Origin: an uncultured Chloroflexia bacterium
Lineage (GTDB): Bacteria; Chloroflexota; Limnocylindria; Limnocylindrales; CSP1-4
NCBI GenBank assembly: GCA_963746405.1
Contig: CAVVAV010000002.1
Span: 908,414-972,413, forward strand
Reading direction: 5' to 3'
Length of the DNA: 64,000 nt
Under the pieces are notes generated by a model. That model did no database searches. It saw only the letters and a list, made by a program, of their open reading frames with translations, and had not been told where the DNA came from. The position numbers and the translations under genes were made by a program. Each line of letters starts with the position of its first letter. The first letter of the stretch is position 1. Positions 30,685 to 40,216 of the stretch are shown here, in pieces.

Positions 30685-31883
30685 ACGTCGTGGAGGGGAA
30701 CGCGAACGTCGACCGGCGCGAATGGGATGTCATCGTCGTCGGGCTCGGGGCCATCGGATCGGCTGCCGCCTACTGGGCGTCGACCCGGGACGGGCTGCGA
30801 GTGCTGGGCCTGGAACGGTTCGAGCTGGGTCACGCGAACGGCGCATCCGCGGACCACAGCCGGATCATCCGTCTGTCCTACCACCGGCCCGACTACGTCC
30901 GGCTCGCGAAGCGCGCGTACGAGACGTGGGCCGCGGTCGAGGCGGAAGCCGATGAGCCGATCGTGACGACGACCGGCGGTCTGGACCTCTGGCCGGCGGA
31001 CCCCGGCATCCCGATGGTCGATTACACCGAGAGCCTCGCCGCTGAAGCCGTCCCGTACGAGATCCTCGACGCCGCCGAGGTCATGCGCCGCTGGCCGCAG
31101 TGGCACCTCCCCGACGACGTGACCGCGATGTGGCAGTCGCGCGGAGGCCTCGCCGACCCGTACAAGGGCAACGCCGCACATCGCCGGTTGGCCGCGAACC
31201 GCGGCGCGTTGCTCCTCGAGCGAACGCCCGTGACCGCGATCCGGGCCGTAGGCGGGGGCTACGAGGTTGACGCGGCGGGCACGACCCATGTCGCAGACCG
31301 GGTCATCCTCGCCGCCGACGCGTGGACCAACGAGCTCCTCGCGCCGTTCGAGCGGCGCCTGCCGCTCACCGTCACGAAGGAACAGGTGACGTACTTCGCC
31401 GCGCCCGATCCGGCGGCCTTCGCACCGGAGCGGTTCCCGGTGTGGATCTGGATGGACGAGCCATCGTTCTACGGCATCCCGACCTACGGCGAGGCGGGCC
31501 CCAAGGTCGCCCAGGACGCCGGCGGCTGGCCCACGACGCCCGAGACCCGGACGTTCGAGCGCGATGACGATATGTACGAGCGTGTACGCGGCTTCGTCGA
31601 GAGGTACCTCCCCGACGCGGCGGGTCCGGAGCTGCTGACGAAGACCTGTCTGTACACACTGACCCCGGACCGGGACTTCGTGGTCGATCGCGTGCCGGAG
31701 GCGCCGGGCGTCGTCGTCGGTCTCGGCGCGGGCCACGGCTTCAAGTTCGCATCGGTCCTCGGCCGTGCCCTCGTCGAGACCGCGATCGATGGCCGGTCAC
31801 CGTCCGACGGCGAGCTCGGCGCCTTCCGCATCGATCGCCCGATCCTGCTCGAGCCCGACCCGCCGACGAGCTGGCTCGTCTGA
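30681..31883 (+). CDS. monomeric sarcosine oxidase / N-methyl-L-tryptophan oxidase-like FAD oxidoreductase
   Basis: Motif DVIVVGLGAIGSAAAYW and a C-terminal HGFKF motif typical of the MSOX family. The GTG start overlaps the NUDIX stop (GTGA). Confidence 0.65.
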   Translation: MNVVEGNANVDRREWDVIVVGLGAIGSAAAYWASTRDGLRVLGLERFELGHANGASADHSRIIRLSYHRPDYVRLAKRAYETWAAVEAEADEPIVTTTGGLDLWPADPGIPMVDYTESLAAEAVPYEILDAAEVMRRWPQWHLPDDVTAMWQSRGGLADPYKGNAAHRRLAANRGALLLERTPVTAIRAVGGGYEVDAAGTTHVADRVILAADAWTNELLAPFERRLPLTVTKEQVTYFAAPDPAAFAPERFPVWIWMDEPSFYGIPTYGEAGPKVAQDAGGWPTTPETRTFERDDDMYERVRGFVERYLPDAAGPELLTKTCLYTLTPDRDFVVDRVPEAPGVVVGLGAGHGFKFASVLGRALVETAIDGRSPSDGELGAFRIDRPILLEPDPPTSWLV

Positions 31884-32002
31884 GACGCACGGGGCGGACC
31901 GATTTCTTGCGCGGCCCGGCGGCGTGTGCCACCGTACGGCCACTCGGCGGGGGAACCCGAGGAGCGATCCGAGGATCTCGGGTCGGCAGGAGGAGGCTTC
32001 GA

Positions 32003-33931
32003 ATGCGTCAGTCCTTGCGCACCCGGACGGTCCGCGTGCTTGCCGCGGCCGGTCTGGTGGCGACCCTCGTGCTGCCGGCCGCCGGCCTGACCAGCGCCCA
32101 GGCGCAGAACGTGCTCCGCGTGGGCACCTCGCAGGACCTCGACGCCATGAATCCGTATCAGACGGCACTCGTCGTCGGATTCGAAGTCTTCACGCTCAAC
32201 TACGAGCTCCTGGTCGGGTTCGGCCAGCAGCTGGAACCCGTCCCCGGCTTCGCCGAGTCGTGGACCGTCAACGATGCCGGGACCGAATACACGTTCAAGA
32301 TCCCGGCCGGCAAGCTCTGGTCGGACGGCCAGCCGGCGACGTCGGAGGACGTCCGGTTCTCGTTGCAGATGCTGCTGGATGCGGTCGCCTCCGATGCCGA
32401 GGCGATGTGCCTCGGCTACCTGGACCCCTACCTCACGAATGCCGCCGTGACCGGCGTCGCGGCACCCGACCCGCAGACCGTGGTCGTCACGCTTGAACGA
32501 GCCAACGACCGGATCCTCAAGACGTACGTGCCCATCGTGCCGGCGCACATCTGGTCGTCGAAGGCCGAGACGATCTGCGACGACCAGTTCGATCCGCCGA
32601 TCGTCGGCTCGGGCCCGTATCAGGCCCAGGAGTGGCAGACGGGGCAGTTCGTCCGCTTCACGAAGAACCCGGAATGGACAGCAGGCGAACTCGCGGCCGA
32701 CGAGGTCGTGATCCAGTTCTTCGAGACCGAGGACACGATGGCGCAGGCACTGCGCAGCGGCGAGCTCGATTACGCCCAGAACGTGCTGTCCGACCAGTTC
32801 GACCAACTGACGGGCGTCGAAGACATCGTCACCGTCCAGGGCACGGCCAACGGATTCACCGAGCTCGGGTTCAACACATATGGCACGGGCACCGGGAAGT
32901 CGATCGAGGGTGGCGGCCCCTCGACGAAGGCACTGCTCGACCCGGCCTTCCGTGATGCCCTCGGCTACGCCGTCGACAAGGAGGAGCTGGTCGAGCGAGT
33001 GCTCGGCGGTTACGGCGAACCGGGCACGACCCAGGTGCCGCCGTTCCAGACGGCATGGCACAAGGAGCCGGACACGGTCCGGACGTTCGACCTCGCGATG
33101 GCGGGGCAGAAGCTCGAGGCGGCAGGCTACCTGCTCGACAGCCAGGATCGCCGGCTCGACAAGGAGGGCAACCCCATCGCCCTCGACCTCGTGTTCCCGG
33201 ATTCCGACACGACATACGCGACCACCGCCGAGTTCATCCAGACCTGGTGGGGCGAGCTCGGGATCGCGGTCAATCCATCGCAGTACGACTCGGACACGCT
33301 CGTCGACCTGATGCTGCCGCCGGAAGCCGACCCGGCGGCCGACTACAAGGCCGACTACGACCTCTTCATCTGGGGCTGGGGCGGGGACGTCGACCCGAAC
33401 TCGCTTCTCGAGATCTTCACCTGCGAGCAGATCGGCACGTCCAGCGACAGCATGTACTGCAACCCGGCATACGACGAGCTCTTCACCCAGCAGAACGAGG
33501 CCGCGGATCCGGCCCAGCGCAAGACGTACATGGACCAGATGCAGGAGATCATGTACAACGAGGCGCCGTATCACATCCTGTACTACGACTCGGCCCTGCA
33601 TGCCTACCGTACGGACCGCTTCAGCGGCTGGGTGAACCAACCGGACAACGGGACGCCGTTCTTCGGCTACGGGCCGTACGGCTACACGCAGCTGAAGCTC
33701 GGTGCCGCGGAGCCGAGCGTCGCCCCAACCGCCAGTGGTGGCGCCGCAGCGACCGACACCGCGGCGCCCTCCCCCGGAGGCGGCACGACCGCGCCCTCGA
33801 ATCCGCTGGCCGCGAACACCCCGTTGCTGGCCGCCGTCCTCGCCCTGGTGGCGATCGCGGTCGTCGCGCTCCTCCTGGTCCGACGTCGCCGTCCGACGAC
33901 CGTGACGACCACGACGACGGAGGACGAGTGA
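32003..33931 (+). CDS. ABC transporter substrate-binding protein (family 5, peptide/nickel) with C-terminal membrane anchor
   Basis: ATG 32003 is preceded by AGGAGG. There is an N-terminal signal peptide. An SBP_bac_5-like body is followed by an Ala/Pro/Gly/Thr-rich linker, a hydrophobic helix (LLAAVLALVAIAVVALLLV) and RRRR. Confidence 0.7.
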   Translation: MRQSLRTRTVRVLAAAGLVATLVLPAAGLTSAQAQNVLRVGTSQDLDAMNPYQTALVVGFEVFTLNYELLVGFGQQLEPVPGFAESWTVNDAGTEYTFKIPAGKLWSDGQPATSEDVRFSLQMLLDAVASDAEAMCLGYLDPYLTNAAVTGVAAPDPQTVVVTLERANDRILKTYVPIVPAHIWSSKAETICDDQFDPPIVGSGPYQAQEWQTGQFVRFTKNPEWTAGELAADEVVIQFFETEDTMAQALRSGELDYAQNVLSDQFDQLTGVEDIVTVQGTANGFTELGFNTYGTGTGKSIEGGGPSTKALLDPAFRDALGYAVDKEELVERVLGGYGEPGTTQVPPFQTAWHKEPDTVRTFDLAMAGQKLEAAGYLLDSQDRRLDKEGNPIALDLVFPDSDTTYATTAEFIQTWWGELGIAVNPSQYDSDTLVDLMLPPEADPAADYKADYDLFIWGWGGDVDPNSLLEIFTCEQIGTSSDSMYCNPAYDELFTQQNEAADPAQRKTYMDQMQEIMYNEAPYHILYYDSALHAYRTDRFSGWVNQPDNGTPFFGYGPYGYTQLKLGAAEPSVAPTASGGAAATDTAAPSPGGGTTAPSNPLAANTPLLAAVLALVAIAVVALLLVRRRRPTTVTTTTTEDE

Positions 33932-34015
33932 TCGAGCGGGCTCACGCCCGCTGGCCGCTGATGCACCGCCGGAGCCGCGTTCGCGCGGCCCCGGCGGTCT
34001 AGATCCCGGGTCCTC

Positions 34016-34990
34016 GTGGGCTCGCGGTTCCTCGCCAGGCGAGTCATCCAGGCGCTGCTGACGATCCTGTTCATCGTCCTGCTCAACTTCATCCTGTTCC
34101 GGATGATGCCCGGCTCACCGGAGCGGGTCCTGACGCGAAACCCGAACATCTCGGCCGAGGTCAAGACGCAGCTCCGGGCGAAGTGGGGCCTCGACAAGCC
34201 CCTCATCCCGGATCAGTTCGTCTCATTCATCGCGTCGACCGCGCAGGGCGACTTCGGGCTGTCGTACAAGTACCGCGGCCAGCCGGTCACCGAGGTGCTG
34301 GGCAGCCGCATCTGGCCGACGGTCATCCTGTTCGGCCTCGGCGAGATCATCGCCATCGTCGTGGGCATGGGTCTCGGCGCCTACGCCGGCTGGAAACGCG
34401 GCGGCACCGTGGATTACGTGGGGAACGGCGTCTCGCTGGTCCTGTACGCCACGCCCTATTTCGTGCTGGGCATGTTCCTGCTGGTGATCTTCGCCTCGAG
34501 CCTGGGCTGGTTCCCGACGAACGGCATGCTGTCGGCGGGCGCCCGGTTCGACTCGTTCGTCGATCAGCTCCTGGACTTCGGGCACCACCTCGTGCTGCCG
34601 CTCGCGACGGTCTCGCTCGGGCTGATCGGGCTGTACTCGATCCTGATGCGCTCATCGATCATCGCGACCCTGTCGGAGGATTACGTCCAGACCGCGCGGG
34701 CCAAGGGACTCCCGGACGGACATGTCCTGCGGGCGCACGCCCTGCCGAACGCGCTGCTGCCGGCCGTGACGATCGTGGCCATCCAGTTCGGCTACGTCAT
34801 CGCGGGCGCCATCACGGCCGAGGTCGTCTTCAACTGGCCGGGGATCGGGACCCTCACGGTCGACGCGCTCTCCGCCCGTGATTACCCCGTACTGCAGGGC
34901 ATCTTCCTGCTCCTCGCGGTGTCTGTCGTCGTCGCGAACCTCATCGCCGACCTCGTGTACGGCCTGCTCGATCCTCGGGTGCGGACGTGA
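34016..34990 (+). CDS. ABC transporter permease (DppB/OppB-like)
   Basis: Six TM helices and the EAA-like loop SEDYVQTARAKGL. Confidence 0.75.
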   Translation: MGSRFLARRVIQALLTILFIVLLNFILFRMMPGSPERVLTRNPNISAEVKTQLRAKWGLDKPLIPDQFVSFIASTAQGDFGLSYKYRGQPVTEVLGSRIWPTVILFGLGEIIAIVVGMGLGAYAGWKRGGTVDYVGNGVSLVLYATPYFVLGMFLLVIFASSLGWFPTNGMLSAGARFDSFVDQLLDFGHHLVLPLATVSLGLIGLYSILMRSSIIATLSEDYVQTARAKGLPDGHVLRAHALPNALLPAVTIVAIQFGYVIAGAITAEVVFNWPGIGTLTVDALSARDYPVLQGIFLLLAVSVVVANLIADLVYGLLDPRVRT

Positions 34991-35940
34991 CCGCGGACGT
35001 CGGCGCCCTCGCCGAGGATGTCCGGCGAGCCCGGCTGCGGTTGCAGCTCCAGCGCCTGGGCGCGTTCGCCCGGCGGTTCATCGGCCGGCGCGATGGGGTC
35101 GTGGGCGGCGCGATCCTGCTGGTCTTCGCGCTCCTCGCGATCGCGCCGGACCTGCTGGTCGGGCCACTCGAGAGCGTCGTGACGGCCACGGGCGAGCGGT
35201 TCGACGCCCCGAGCGCGGCGCACCTGTTCGGCACGGACCGCCAGGGCCGCGACATGATCAACCTGACGGTCCACGGCACGCGCGTCTCGATGGTGATCGG
35301 GTTGCTGGCGACCGTGATCACCGTGTTCATCGGGGCCCTGATCGGGATCATCAGCGGCTTCATCGGCGGGAGGACCGACACGGTCCTGATGCGCATCACG
35401 GACTTCTTCCTGGTCCTGCCGACGTTCGTGCTGGCGCTGATCCTCGCGCCGATCCTGCTCGAGCTCATCGGCACGCAGGCGGAGTTGTTCGGCATGCGGA
35501 TGACCCTCGTGGTGATCGTCGTCGTCATCGGCATCACGTCGTGGGCATCGACGGCCCGCATCATCCGCAGCCAGACGCTGTCGCTGCGCGAGCGTGCCTT
35601 CGTGGACCGGGCCCGGGTCATCGGCGCCGGCTCGGGCTGGATCATGCAACGCCACATCCTGCCCAACGTCATCAACCTGATCGTCGCGAACACGGTGCTC
35701 ACGTTCGCGGGCGCCGTCCTGACCGAGACGACCCTGTCGTTCATCGGCCTGGGCGATCCATTCCAGCCGTCGTGGGGTCAGCTCCTCAACCAGGCCCAGG
35801 CCGACGGCGCGGCGGGACTTGGCGCCTGGTGGGTGATCGCCCCGCCCGGCATCGCGATCATCCTGGTCGTGCTCGCCTTCACGCTGGTCGGTGGCGCCCT
35901 CGACGACATCCTCAATCCCAGGCTGCGGGGTCGTCGGTGA
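34987..35940 (+). CDS. ABC transporter permease (DppC/OppC-like)
   Basis: TM helices and the motif RERAFVDRARVIGAG. The GTG start overlaps the upstream stop (GTGA). Confidence 0.75.
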   Translation: MTADVGALAEDVRRARLRLQLQRLGAFARRFIGRRDGVVGGAILLVFALLAIAPDLLVGPLESVVTATGERFDAPSAAHLFGTDRQGRDMINLTVHGTRVSMVIGLLATVITVFIGALIGIISGFIGGRTDTVLMRITDFFLVLPTFVLALILAPILLELIGTQAELFGMRMTLVVIVVVIGITSWASTARIIRSQTLSLRERAFVDRARVIGAGSGWIMQRHILPNVINLIVANTVLTFAGAVLTETTLSFIGLGDPFQPSWGQLLNQAQADGAAGLGAWWVIAPPGIAIILVVLAFTLVGGALDDILNPRLRGRR

Positions 35941-37175
35941 CGGCGGAGCGGGCGCCCGCGTCGCCGTCCGCGTCTCCGTCCGCGCCGCTTGCGTCACCGG
36001 GCGACCGGGCGTCCGGCGACCGAGCGGCCATCCGAGGCCGGCGCCTGTGGCCATTGCCCAAGCAGGCCGACCCCGCCGCGCCGCTGCTCGAGGTGCAGGA
36101 CCTGACCGTCCATTTCGCCCTGCCGCACGGTCGCGTGGAGGCGGTCCGCGGCGTGAGCTTCGGGCTGGACGACGGTGAGGCACTCGGCATCGCCGGCGAG
36201 TCCGGCTGCGGCAAGACCACGACGGCCCTGTCCCTGGTCCGCCTCCTGCCGTCGAACGGGCGCATCGTCGACGGCAGCGTGAAGCTGTTCGGCATCGACC
36301 TCGTCCAGAAGACCGATCGCCAGCTTCAGCGCTATCGATGGCGGGAGATCGCGATCGTGTTCCAGGGCGCGATGAACGCCCTGAACCCGGTCATCCGCGT
36401 ACGGGACCAGATCGGCGAACCGATCGAGCTGCGCCTGGGCCTCACCCGCGACGCCGCCCGGACCCGAGCGAGTGAGCTGCTCGAGCTCGTGGGTATCCCG
36501 CGTAAGCGCGGCGGGGCGTACCCGCACGAGCTGTCGGGCGGCATGCGCCAGCGCGCGATGATCGCGATGGCGCTCGCCTGCGACCCGGCACTCGTCCTGG
36601 GGGACGAACCCACGACCGCACTCGACGTCATGGTCCAGGCCCAGATCCTGGAATTGCTCGAGAACCTCCGCCACGAGCTCGGGTTGTCGCTCGTGCTCAT
36701 CACGCACGACCTCTCGGTCATCGCGGAGACCTGCGATCGCGTGCTGGTGATGTACGCGGGCAAGGTCGCCGAGGAAGGCCCCGTGCATCGGGTCTTCACG
36801 GCACCACGGCACCCGTACACCCAGAAGCTGCTGTCGTCCTTCCCCAACATCCGCGCCGACCGACGGACCCTGGACGTCATCCCGGGCACGCCGCCGGACC
36901 TCCGCCACCCGCCGGTCGGCTGCCCGTTCGCGCCGCGCTGTCCCGCCGTGATGGCGATCTGCACCGAGGTCATGCCGTCGGAGGTCCACTTCGCCGATGG
37001 CGCGCGGGTGGCCTGTCACCTCTATCCGCCCGAGGCCGAGGGGCAGTTCGTCGCGCCGGTCCCCGTGGCCGAGCCGTTGCCGCTCGACGCCGCCCCGGTG
37101 CCCGAGGCCGGGCCGCCGGCCGGCGCCGGATCGAGCCCCGAGGACCCGGCTGCCCTCGAAGGGGGAGCGGCGTGA
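35937..37175 (+). CDS. ABC transporter ATP-binding protein (DppD/OppD-like)
   Basis: Walker A GESGCGKTT and signature LSGGMRQR. Putative GTG start overlaps the upstream stop. The C-terminal oligopeptide-transporter extension has Cys residues. Confidence 0.7.
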   Translation: MTAERAPASPSASPSAPLASPGDRASGDRAAIRGRRLWPLPKQADPAAPLLEVQDLTVHFALPHGRVEAVRGVSFGLDDGEALGIAGESGCGKTTTALSLVRLLPSNGRIVDGSVKLFGIDLVQKTDRQLQRYRWREIAIVFQGAMNALNPVIRVRDQIGEPIELRLGLTRDAARTRASELLELVGIPRKRGGAYPHELSGGMRQRAMIAMALACDPALVLGDEPTTALDVMVQAQILELLENLRHELGLSLVLITHDLSVIAETCDRVLVMYAGKVAEEGPVHRVFTAPRHPYTQKLLSSFPNIRADRRTLDVIPGTPPDLRHPPVGCPFAPRCPAVMAICTEVMPSEVHFADGARVACHLYPPEAEGQFVAPVPVAEPLPLDAAPVPEAGPPAGAGSSPEDPAALEGGAA

Positions 37176-38242
37176 CCGAGATGCTGCGGCTCGAGGGGCT
37201 CGAGGTGCATTTCCCGGTGCGTGGCGGCCTGCTCGATACGATCGCCCGGCGGCCGGCGGGTGTCGTGCGGGCCGTGGACGGCATCGATCTCACCCTCGAG
37301 AAGGGCGAGGTCCTCGCCCTGGTGGGCGAGTCGGGCAGCGGCAAGACGACGACCGGGCGGGTCATCGTGAAGCTCACGCCGCAGACGGCGGGGCGGGTGA
37401 CGTTCGACGGGCAGGATGTCAGCGGGCTGTGGGGGACGCGGGCGCTGCGCGCCTACCGACGGCGCGTCCAGCCGATCTTCCAGGATCCGTACGAGACGCT
37501 GAATCCGCGCCAGACGATCTTCGACTTCGTGGACGAGCCGCTCGCCATCAACGAGCCGGGGCTCGGTCGTGCCGAGCGTGACCGTCGGGTGTTCGCGGCG
37601 CTCGATGCGGCGGGGCTGCGACCGGCGGCCGACTACGCGCTCCGCTACCCGCACGAACTGTCCGGCGGCCAGCGCCAGCGCGTCGTGATCGCCGGGGCCC
37701 TCGTCATCGGGCCGGAGCTCATCGTCGCCGACGAGCCCGTGTCGATGCTGGACGTCTCGATCCGGACGGAGCTGCTCCGTCTGATGCTGGAACTGCGTCG
37801 CGAGCGCGGGCTGACCTACCTGTTCATCACGCACGACCTTTCGCTCGCGTGGGTGATCGCCGACCGCATCGCGGTGATGTATCTCGGCAAGATCATGGAG
37901 ATCGGGCCGGCCGAATCGGTCATCCGGAACCCACGGAACCCGTACACGCAGGCGCTCGTGTCGGTATCGCCGTCACCCGACCCACCGTCCGCGGGCGAGC
38001 GTGCCCGCCGCACGATCCTCAAGGGTGAGACGCCCGACGCTGCGCACATCCCGACCGGCTGCCGGTTCAACCCGCGCTGCCCGAAGGTGTTCGACCGCTG
38101 CCTCGTCGAAGAGCCGCCGCTGATCGATGTCGGCGGCGGTCAGGCGGCCGCCTGCTGGCTGGCCGAGCCGGCGATGGCCGATGGCGGACGCGGCCTGCCG
38201 ATGGCCGAGACGATGCGACCCACCAAGGAGCCCACCGCATGA
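37172..38242 (+). CDS. ABC transporter ATP-binding protein (DppF/OppF-like)
   Basis: Walker A GESGSGKTT and signature LSGGQRQR. The GTG start overlaps the upstream stop. Confidence 0.75.
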   Translation: MTEMLRLEGLEVHFPVRGGLLDTIARRPAGVVRAVDGIDLTLEKGEVLALVGESGSGKTTTGRVIVKLTPQTAGRVTFDGQDVSGLWGTRALRAYRRRVQPIFQDPYETLNPRQTIFDFVDEPLAINEPGLGRAERDRRVFAALDAAGLRPAADYALRYPHELSGGQRQRVVIAGALVIGPELIVADEPVSMLDVSIRTELLRLMLELRRERGLTYLFITHDLSLAWVIADRIAVMYLGKIMEIGPAESVIRNPRNPYTQALVSVSPSPDPPSAGERARRTILKGETPDAAHIPTGCRFNPRCPKVFDRCLVEEPPLIDVGGGQAAACWLAEPAMADGGRGLPMAETMRPTKEPTA

Positions 38243-38811
38243 CCGACCCGTTCGCCGCCGATGCCGATGCCCTCACCGCCCTGGATCTCTCGACGATCGC
38301 CGGACTGCTGACGGCGAGTTCGACGATCGTCTCGGGCGAGATCGCCGGCCTGGGGAGCGCGGCCGGCTGGCGGCCGGCGCCGGGGGAGTGGAGCGCCAAT
38401 GAGTGCGTCGGGCATCTCATCGAGGCCGAGCGTCGGGGCTTCGCTGGACGGATCCGGCGGATCGTCGAGGCGGCGCACGGGGATCGGCCGGACCTTCCGC
38501 CCGACCTGGAATCGTGGGATCCGCCGGCCGTCGCGGAAGCGCGCCAGGACCACCTGCGCGAGCCGGCGGAGCTGGTCGACGAGTTCGTGGCGCTCCGGTC
38601 GGACGGGGTCGCGCTCGTCCGGAGCCTGGCGGTCGGTGACCTTTCCCGGTCCGGCGTCCATCCGGATGTCGGGCCGCTTCGCGTCGACGAGCTGCTTGGC
38701 GAGTGGGTCCATCACGACCGGAACCACATCCGCCAGCTGCTCGCCGTGACGCAGGCCCGGGTCTGGGGTCAGATGGGCAACGCCCGACGGTTCAGCCTCG
38801 ATGAGGCCTGA
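38239..38811 (+). CDS. DinB/YfiT-like (DinB_2) family protein
   Basis: His-containing motifs ECVGHLIEAER and WVHHDRNHIRQL. The ATG overlaps the upstream stop (ATGA). Confidence 0.55.
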   Translation: MTDPFAADADALTALDLSTIAGLLTASSTIVSGEIAGLGSAAGWRPAPGEWSANECVGHLIEAERRGFAGRIRRIVEAAHGDRPDLPPDLESWDPPAVAEARQDHLREPAELVDEFVALRSDGVALVRSLAVGDLSRSGVHPDVGPLRVDELLGEWVHHDRNHIRQLLAVTQARVWGQMGNARRFSLDEA

Positions 38812-38814
38812 CCC

Positions 38815-39480
38815 CTAGCCGAGCGCCTCCTCGCCACCACCATCGACGACGCGGAACACCGCCCAGCCGACGACCGCCCCGACGATCGGCGCCACGATGT
38901 AGATCCACAGCCCTGCGAGGTCGCCGCCGACGAGCGCCGACCCGAGCGAGCGGACCGGATTGACCGACGCGCCCGACAACGGGGCGGACGCGAAGTGGAT
39001 CGCCACCAGGGTCAGCGGGATCGCCAGTGGTGCCAGCAGCGGGGCGCGCTTCGTGGACGCCAGGATCACGGCGACGAACCCGGCGGTCAGCACGATCTCG
39101 AGGATCAGCGCACCGATCTCGGTGACCCCGCCGCCGGGCTTCGTCACGCCGGCGGTGACCGACGCCTGCCCCGCGACGACCAGGACGAGCGCGGCCGCGC
39201 CGATCGCGCCGATGGCCTGGGCGACGATGTAGCCCACGGCGTCCATCGGCAGCGTCCGCTTGTCGAGGACCATCGCAACGGTCACGGCCGGATTGAAGTG
39301 ACCGCCCGAGATGTGGCCCACCGCAAAGATCGCCGCCAGCAGGCCGAGGCTGAACGAGAACGGCACGACGAGCAGGCCGCTCGCCTCGGCGGCACCGAAC
39401 GCCGCCACCGATGCGTACCCGATCGTGAGGAACAGGAACGTGCCGAGCAACTCGGCCAGGTACTTGCGGGTCGACATCAT
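38815..39480 (-). CDS. aquaporin (MIP family channel)
   Basis: Two NPA boxes (GGHFNPAVT and ASVNPVRS) and six TM helices. Confidence 0.8.
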   Translation of the reverse strand: MMSTRKYLAELLGTFLFLTIGYASVAAFGAAEASGLLVVPFSFSLGLLAAIFAVGHISGGHFNPAVTVAMVLDKRTLPMDAVGYIVAQAIGAIGAAALVLVVAGQASVTAGVTKPGGGVTEIGALILEIVLTAGFVAVILASTKRAPLLAPLAIPLTLVAIHFASAPLSGASVNPVRSLGSALVGGDLAGLWIYIVAPIVGAVVGWAVFRVVDGGGEEALG

Positions 39481-40160
39481 CCCTCCTGTGGTCCGACGCC
39501 CTCGCGGCGACGGTCTGGGCCCGCCTCGATGCTACTCGCTCCGTCGAGCGCGGCGCGCGCCGCCCGCAGCAGGAGCGCGTCCCGCCACGCCCGAGAGAGG
39601 ACCTCGATGAGCTCGAGTCGGTCGACGGCCGCGTCGAGGTCCGCGCCGACGGCGACCGCGCCGTGGCGCTCGAGGAGGACGGCGTGCGGGAGCCCCTCGG
39701 AACCCTGGGTCAGGGCGGCGACGATCCGGCCCGCGAGTTCCGTGCTGCCCATCTCGCCGTAGGCGACGAACGGTAGCCGCGGCAGCAGGAGCGCCGTCTC
39801 AGGCAGTGCCGATGGGTCGGGCACCTCGCCCGCGAGCGTCAACCCCATCGCGGCGGGCAGATGCGCGTGCGCCACCGCATCGATGTCCGGACGGGCGGTG
39901 TGCACAGCAAGGTGGATGGCCAGGTCCGAGGACGGCGCGAGCCCCGATCCGGATGGCGACGCTCGGGCGGCGGGCTCGAACAGCACCACGACGAGGTCGC
40001 GGGGCTCGAGCTCGTCCTTGCGGCGACCCGTCGGGGTGATCAACAGACGCTCCGCGTCCAGGCGGATCGACAGGTTGCCCTCGGCGGCCGAGATCAGGCC
40101 ACGAGCCCCGAGCCGGCGACCCGCGCCAAGGATCGCCGCGGTCGCTCGCGTCTGGTCCAC
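39477..40160 (-). CDS. class II aldolase/adducin family protein
   Basis: Motifs EGNLSIR, LITPTG and the metal-binding His cluster (HLAVHTARPDIDAVAHAH). The stop overlaps the aquaporin start. Confidence 0.65.
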   Translation of the reverse strand: MDQTRATAAILGAGRRLGARGLISAAEGNLSIRLDAERLLITPTGRRKDELEPRDLVVVLFEPAARASPSGSGLAPSSDLAIHLAVHTARPDIDAVAHAHLPAAMGLTLAGEVPDPSALPETALLLPRLPFVAYGEMGSTELAGRIVAALTQGSEGLPHAVLLERHGAVAVGADLDAAVDRLELIEVLSRAWRDALLLRAARAALDGASSIEAGPDRRREGVGPQEG

Positions 40161-40216
40161 GTCACGATGCTACGGCAGCCGCACCCGGTCCGCGACGCCT
40201 CCCGTACCATCCGCCG

